DNA from: a bacterium
GTDB taxonomy: Bacteria > SZUA-182 > DTGQ01 > JAFGSM01
Assembly: GCA_049472355.1 (NCBI GenBank)
Contig: JBLIRP010000069.1
Span: 1-20,038, forward strand
Reading direction: 5' to 3'
Length of the DNA: 20,038 nucleotides
A model generated the notes under the pieces. That model was not told where the DNA came from. It ran no database searches and saw only the letters and a program-made list of their open reading frames with translations. Within the stretch, counting starts at the first letter, position 1. Each line of letters begins with the position of its first letter. Both the position numbers and the translations under genes were made by a program. Positions 16,432 through 20,038 of this stretch are shown here, piece by piece.

Positions 16432-16866
16432 ATGATCAAGAAGGGGTTCATGCTGGTTTTAGCCTCGCTTACGGTGTTCGCGATCGTTGCTGGTCATGCG
16501 GCGGCTCTGGCGGATTGTGTGGTTGATCCCCGTTTGGATTTCATTGTCATCAATTACACGGAAGACCACGGCTCAGACAAGTTTGCACCGGTTCCATTTA
16601 CCCACAAGAGGCACTATGTGGATTACGAGGTTCCCTGCCGTGCCTGTCACCATGCATGGAAGGTGGATATCAGGGATAATCCCCTCAAATGCAGGGAGTG
16701 CCATAAGGGTAAGGAAGTGAGCGGTGTAATTTTCTTACGGAACGCCTTTCATCGTTCCTGCCTCGTTTGCCACCGTGAGGTGCGCAATCGCAATAAGCCG
16801 ACCGGCCCAATAGGATGCAAAGACTGCCATGTTGTTCCGGATAGGGACTCACGGCGTTCACCGTGA
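16432..16866 (+). CDS. Tetraheme cytochrome c3 (class III) family protein
   Basis: Signal peptide; PVPFTHKRH; four CxxCH motifs (CRACH-H, CRECH, CLVCH, CKDCH); AFH distal ligand. Confidence 0.92.
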   Translation: MIKKGFMLVLASLTVFAIVAGHAAALADCVVDPRLDFIVINYTEDHGSDKFAPVPFTHKRHYVDYEVPCRACHHAWKVDIRDNPLKCRECHKGKEVSGVIFLRNAFHRSCLVCHREVRNRNKPTGPIGCKDCHVVPDRDSRRSP

Positions 16867-17276
16867 CGTGGTGTACCGAATGCATCCCGTGCATGGATCC
16901 TGTGGGTGACGCGGACCGGGCTATCCCCGGTTAATTTCCCGGGTTTCAATCCCTGAAAGCAATCTTCGTGCCCTTCGTTTTGTTCTGCTGTACAACGGAA
17001 TGGCTGCATGAAATATTTTTCACAGTAATGAATCCATGGTTTGCTCGTCTACTGTAAGGAAACAAAATCCTTGTTTTTACAAATATAAATTATTTTCGTT
17101 CATGGTACTTTTTTTTCACAGAGCCCTGATGGACCATTCATACAGAGTATTCAAGAAAATAAGCAATCGGCTTAGAATACCTTTTGAAGGGGGGTGAGAT
17201 CGTCGACATAATCCATGTGTGATCAATTCACCAATGAGGGTTAAAACACTATTCATCGTCTGGAGGATGATTTTTT

Positions 17277-17945
17277 ATGGTACGTCTTAGGTTGAGAACA
17301 GCTTTGATTTTGCTCGTTTCCCTTTGTCTTATCGGTGCGTTCCTCACCACGCAGTGCCTGCGCGCTGAGGAGGATGAACCGAATAGAACGGCTCAATGGT
17401 ATCAAGCACAATATGGCAGCACACCATGGGGCGGAACCTGGAGCATGGGGCAATTCGGACCGGATGTCGGATACGGAGAACAAGGCGTCCGCTACCAGTA
17501 CACTGATCCCATGAGCGGGGCCTTTGTCAGTTATTCCACCACCGGAATGGGAATGGGTGCAGGCGGTCCGTTGATGGGATATGGCGGGATGTACAGTGGC
17601 CTTGCCGGTGCATCGTACGGACCGTATGCATATGGCGGCAACGCAAACCCTAATCCGACACCCGGGTGGGCTACCCAGGGTTCTATGTCGGGAAGCCTCT
17701 TTGGTCCCCAATCCAGTTACTATCAAGCACAGCCGGGTCTGACGTGGCTGCTTGGCGGCGGCTTCGGCGGCTACGGCGGCTACGGTGGGATAGGCGGCGG
17801 TTACGGTGGCTACGGCGGCTACGGCGGTTACGGCGGCTATGGTGGGCTTGGCGGCGGTTACGGCGGCTACGGCGGCTATGGTGGGCTTGGCGGCGGCTAC
17901 GGCGGTTTTGGTGGCCTTGGTGGTTTTGGCGGCGGCTGGTGGTAA
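17277..17945 (+). CDS. Secreted Gly/Tyr-rich low-complexity protein with C-terminal (GGY/GGL/GGF)n repeats
   Basis: GGAGG SD; signal peptide ending LRA; synonymous third-position variation in the Gly/Tyr codons supports this frame; followed by an intrinsic terminator. Confidence 0.85.
   Translation: MVRLRLRTALILLVSLCLIGAFLTTQCLRAEEDEPNRTAQWYQAQYGSTPWGGTWSMGQFGPDVGYGEQGVRYQYTDPMSGAFVSYSTTGMGMGAGGPLMGYGGMYSGLAGASYGPYAYGGNANPNPTPGWATQGSMSGSLFGPQSSYYQAQPGLTWLLGGGFGGYGGYGGIGGGYGGYGGYGGYGGYGGLGGGYGGYGGYGGLGGGYGGFGGLGGFGGGWW
17754..17936 (+). repeat. Coding tandem repeat: 9-nt GGCGGCTAC-type units with a 39-nt higher-order period
   Basis: ggcggctatggtgggcttggcggcgg occurs at 17832 and 17871 (13-aa unit GGYGGLGGGYGGY). 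Confidence 0.85.
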
Positions 17946-18022
17946 TCGGCATCCTTATTCCCTGTGTGCCGCCTGATCGCATGGGCTGGCATAAGGATTC
18001 ATAAAAAACGCAGACAACATCG

Positions 18023-18063
18023 AAGGGCCGGAACTCTCGTGAAGGGTCCCGGCCCTTTTTTTT
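18023..18063 (+). terminator. Rho-independent terminator
   Basis: AAGGGCCGG/CCGGCCCTT stem with inner pairs and a T8 run (18056-18063); lies between convergent genes. Confidence 0.85.
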
Positions 18064-18102
18064 GTGCGCCCGGCAGGACGCCCTGCTATTCCAGGTGGAA
18101 GA

Positions 18103-18903
18103 TCATGACTTGAGGATCGTCAGTGCCTCGTCCACCGGGATATTCTCATGGACCAGGCTGCAAATGGCCTTGACCATGGCCCTCTTGTTCTCGTGCTGGA
18201 ACGCATTTCTCCCGATCGAGACCCCGGCCCCGCCCTCATCGATGGAATCCTTGATGATCTGGAAGACCTGCCGGTCATTGCCGGCCTTTTCACCGCCTGC
18301 AATCACCACCGGTATGGGGCATCCCCGGACCACCTCGGCAAACCCCTCCCGTGTCCCCGGATAACTCACCTTGACGATATCCGCACCCAACTCCGCCGCA
18401 ATCCTGGCTGCATGTTTGATTCCTTCCACTGACCGCTCGTCGCTGAATTTTTCGCCCCTGGTATACATCATGGCCAGGAGGGGCATGCCCCATTCGTGGC
18501 ACTTGATGGAAACCTCTCCGAGGTCCTTCAGCATGTCCGACTCGCTCTCCGCCCCGATGTTGATGTGGACGGAGACCGCATCGGCGCCGATCTTCAAGGC
18601 CATTTCCACGGTGTTGACGAGGACCTTGGCGTTGGGGTCCGGCGCCCACACCGTGCTCCCCGAGAGGTGGAGTATGAGGCCGATATCGCGGCCGTGCCTG
18701 CGATGACCATGCAGGGGCAGACCAATATGCCCCAGCACGGCGTTTGCCCCCCCCTCCGAGATTTCGTTCACCATATCCCGCATATCCACGATGCCCTTTA
18801 TGGGCCCCATGGTGACCCCATGGTCCATGGGTACGATCACCGTCTTGTGCGTGTTTCGATCGATGATCCTTTCAAGCCTGATGTTTTTTCCAATGCCGAG
18901 CAT
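18103..18903 (-). CDS. aroA': DhnA-type class I aldolase, most like 2-amino-3,7-dideoxy-D-threo-hept-6-ulosonate synthase (AroA')
   Basis: IVPMDHG, GRDIGLILHLSGST, GADAVSVHINIG, WGMPLLAMMY, AAELGADIVK (Schiff-base Lys), VVIAGG, SIGRNAFQ. Confidence 0.75.
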   Translation of the reverse strand: MLGIGKNIRLERIIDRNTHKTVIVPMDHGVTMGPIKGIVDMRDMVNEISEGGANAVLGHIGLPLHGHRRHGRDIGLILHLSGSTVWAPDPNAKVLVNTVEMALKIGADAVSVHINIGAESESDMLKDLGEVSIKCHEWGMPLLAMMYTRGEKFSDERSVEGIKHAARIAAELGADIVKVSYPGTREGFAEVVRGCPIPVVIAGGEKAGNDRQVFQIIKDSIDEGGAGVSIGRNAFQHENKRAMVKAICSLVHENIPVDEALTILKS

Positions 18904-19221
18904 AGGTGCCCCCCTTGAACCAAATTAAGAAGAATACTACTTAATAATAATAATAAAAATCATACACTTGACTTCTTTGCATTCTAAAAAAACAAGAATC
19001 CTGCTTGTATCCTTTTTACCCCCCTCGTATCCTCCAGCCGTCCAGCCCACACCGTGAAGACACGGCGCGGATGTCACCATGATGACCCAACCGTATAGCC
19101 GTCCAACGCGCACCCGGAAGACACCCTGAGGTGACGTAACACCCATCCATGGATATGGAAGTAGATTAGCACCTTTTTTTTCAAAGTTCCAGTAGAAACG
19201 GGTGACTGGCAGGCATGCCCA

Positions 19222-19249
19222 TTGACATGCCGATTTTTTGAGGTATAAC
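19222..19249 (+). promoter_or_regulatory. Putative sigma70 promoter for the peptide operon
   Basis: TTGACA (19222-19227)-N16-TATAAC (19244-19249). Confidence 0.5.
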
Positions 19250-19319
19250 TATATACAAGAGGGTTTTATAGCAGCCCATTCAATCTGCTCGCCTTGCGCG
19301 AAGAAAGGAGGATGCAAGG

Positions 19320-19382
19320 ATGACGATCAGAAAGGTGACAAAAAGGTCCAGGGGACTGTGTAAGTGCAAGAATTCCTGCTGA
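19320..19382 (+). CDS. 20-aa Cys-rich peptide MTIRKVTKRSRGLCKCKNSC, candidate RiPP precursor
   Basis: Below the ORF-track cutoff. AAAGGAGG SD (19304-19311) 8 nt before ATG 19320; promoter upstream; hairpin downstream; RRE-like gene two genes downstream. Confidence 0.7.
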   Translation: MTIRKVTKRSRGLCKCKNSC

Positions 19383-19400
19383 CGTTGTTTGTGTCGATTC

Positions 19401-19440
19401 AGGGGTCGGCGGTGTGAGCTGTCGGCCCTTTTTGCTTTTT
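19401..19440 (+). terminator. Hairpin with U-rich tail after the peptide gene (partial terminator/stabiliser; SECIS not excluded)
   Basis: 13-bp stem 19401-19413/19418-19430 with 5 G-U pairs, GUGA (GNRA) tetraloop, followed by tttgcttttt. Confidence 0.6.
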
Positions 19441-19453
19441 GGGAGAACGAGGC

Positions 19454-19816
19454 TTGGGAAAAGAGGGATTCAAGCGATATATCTGCCGTCCGTTCTGCAC
19501 GTTTTTTCGTGAGGGCGCAAAGGAGGATATGGCGTGTCGCGGGGCCCGGGTGGTCGAATCCTTGCTGCAGGCAGGGGTGTTCCGCGTCGATCATATCCCC
19601 ATAAACGGGAAGTCTCCCCATTTATGGGCACATCGCGACGAGGTCCTGGAACGGACGGTGTGCCGATCCTGTCCCTTTCGTGCAGAGGATTGCGATTTCC
19701 AATCCACGCATCCACCCCCCGGAACAGAACCGTGCGGTGGCTATATCCTACTGAGCCTTCTCAAGGAGAAGGGAATCATCACCACTGCGGATCTCGAGGA
19801 TTCGGGCGATGGATGA
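19454..19816 (+). CDS. Small 7-Cys hypothetical protein (possible metal/Fe-S binding)
   Basis: CRPFC, MAC, CRSCPFRAEDC, PCGG. Start at TTG 19454 (GGAG 8 nt upstream; track start 19439); overlaps the next ATG by 8 nt. Confidence 0.8.
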   Translation: MGKEGFKRYICRPFCTFFREGAKEDMACRGARVVESLLQAGVFRVDHIPINGKSPHLWAHRDEVLERTVCRSCPFRAEDCDFQSTHPPPGTEPCGGYILLSLLKEKGIITTADLEDSGDG

Positions 19817-20038
19817 TAACAGGCGTTTTTTACGACTGCATCCCCGGGCTGCGCTGAAACGGCTGGAGCGTCCCTTTGTCTATCACCTCGACCGGGACGA
19901 GCTCTATGAGATCGATGCTGCTGCGGAGTCATTTCTGGTTTCCTGTGACGGTACACTGGCCAGGGAAAAAACGGCCGCCGAGGAGGAATTCGTGGCATAT
20001 TGCCTCGAGGAGGGACTCCTGGAGGTCCTTTCGCAACC
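19809..20038 (+). CDS. Partial CDS: N-terminal RRE/PqqD-like domain, probably of a radical SAM(/SPASM) peptide maturase
   Basis: Not in the ORF track. ATG 19809 with GAGGA SD; open to the window end: MDDNRRFLRLHPRAALKRLERPFVYHLDRDELYEIDAAAESFLVSCDGTLAREKTAAEEEFVAYCLEEGLLEVLSQ. The three-strand-then-helix pattern with CDGT and EEGLL resembles PqqD/RRE. No radical SAM motif lies inside the window. Confidence 0.7.
   Translation, partial: MDDNRRFLRLHPRAALKRLERPFVYHLDRDELYEIDAAAESFLVSCDGTLAREKTAAEEEFVAYCLEEGLLEVLSQ

Noticed and set aside
17005..17235. Rex/CRP-like boxes (tgaaatatttttcaca; tgtgatcaattcacca) upstream of the GGY gene
   Set aside because: Half-site spacing does not match the Rex (N4) or CRP (N6) consensus, and the AT-rich context makes chance matches likely.
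17666..18004. Arg-rich ORFs (RRLRRL / RRSRR) resembling protamines or antimicrobial peptides
   Set aside because: They are shifted or antisense frames of the GGY repeat; the synonymous variation fits the Gly/Tyr frame.
19036..19124. 28+33 bp spacing as a degenerate type I-E CRISPR
   Set aside because: Two copies only, the central 11 nt differ, and there is no internal palindrome or cas gene.
19312..19323. ATG at 19312 (MQG*) as the ORF served by the strong SD
   Set aside because: It abuts the SD with no spacer; ATG 19320 is at the optimal 8-nt distance.

Overview
About 20 kb of chromosomal DNA (mid-50s % GC by eye) from an anaerobic diderm bacterium with a Desulfobacterota/Nitrospirota-like gene set: tetraheme cytochrome c3, an archaeal-type AroA'-like aldolase, MenA-like prenyltransferase and a BepA-like protease. 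The taxonomy is an inference. Most genes are housekeeping or envelope genes: MenA-like, galT, thioesterase, M48-TPR protease, LysE, B12 radical SAM, S8 protease, COG0731-like radical SAM and a PorV/FadL-like barrel. Four things stand out. (1) At the right edge is a candidate RiPP locus missed by the ORF track: promoter, a 20-aa Cys-rich peptide with a strong RBS, a hairpin, a 7-Cys protein, then an N-terminal RRE/PqqD-like domain that runs off the window. (2) A three-gene signalling operon contains a membrane kinase lacking its phospho-His (H->L), while the overlapping next gene has a His-bearing DHp, no ATPase domain and an Asp->Glu receiver. It sits behind a sigma54-type promoter. (3) Five same-orientation copies of a ~78-bp intergenic repeat show covariation supporting a GNA-triloop/GNA-zipper ssDNA hairpin. 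(4) A secreted (GGY)n glycine-rich protein is present, and other secreted proteins carry Tyr/Pro-rich N-terminal segments. All family calls come from motif recognition by eye; no database searches were run.
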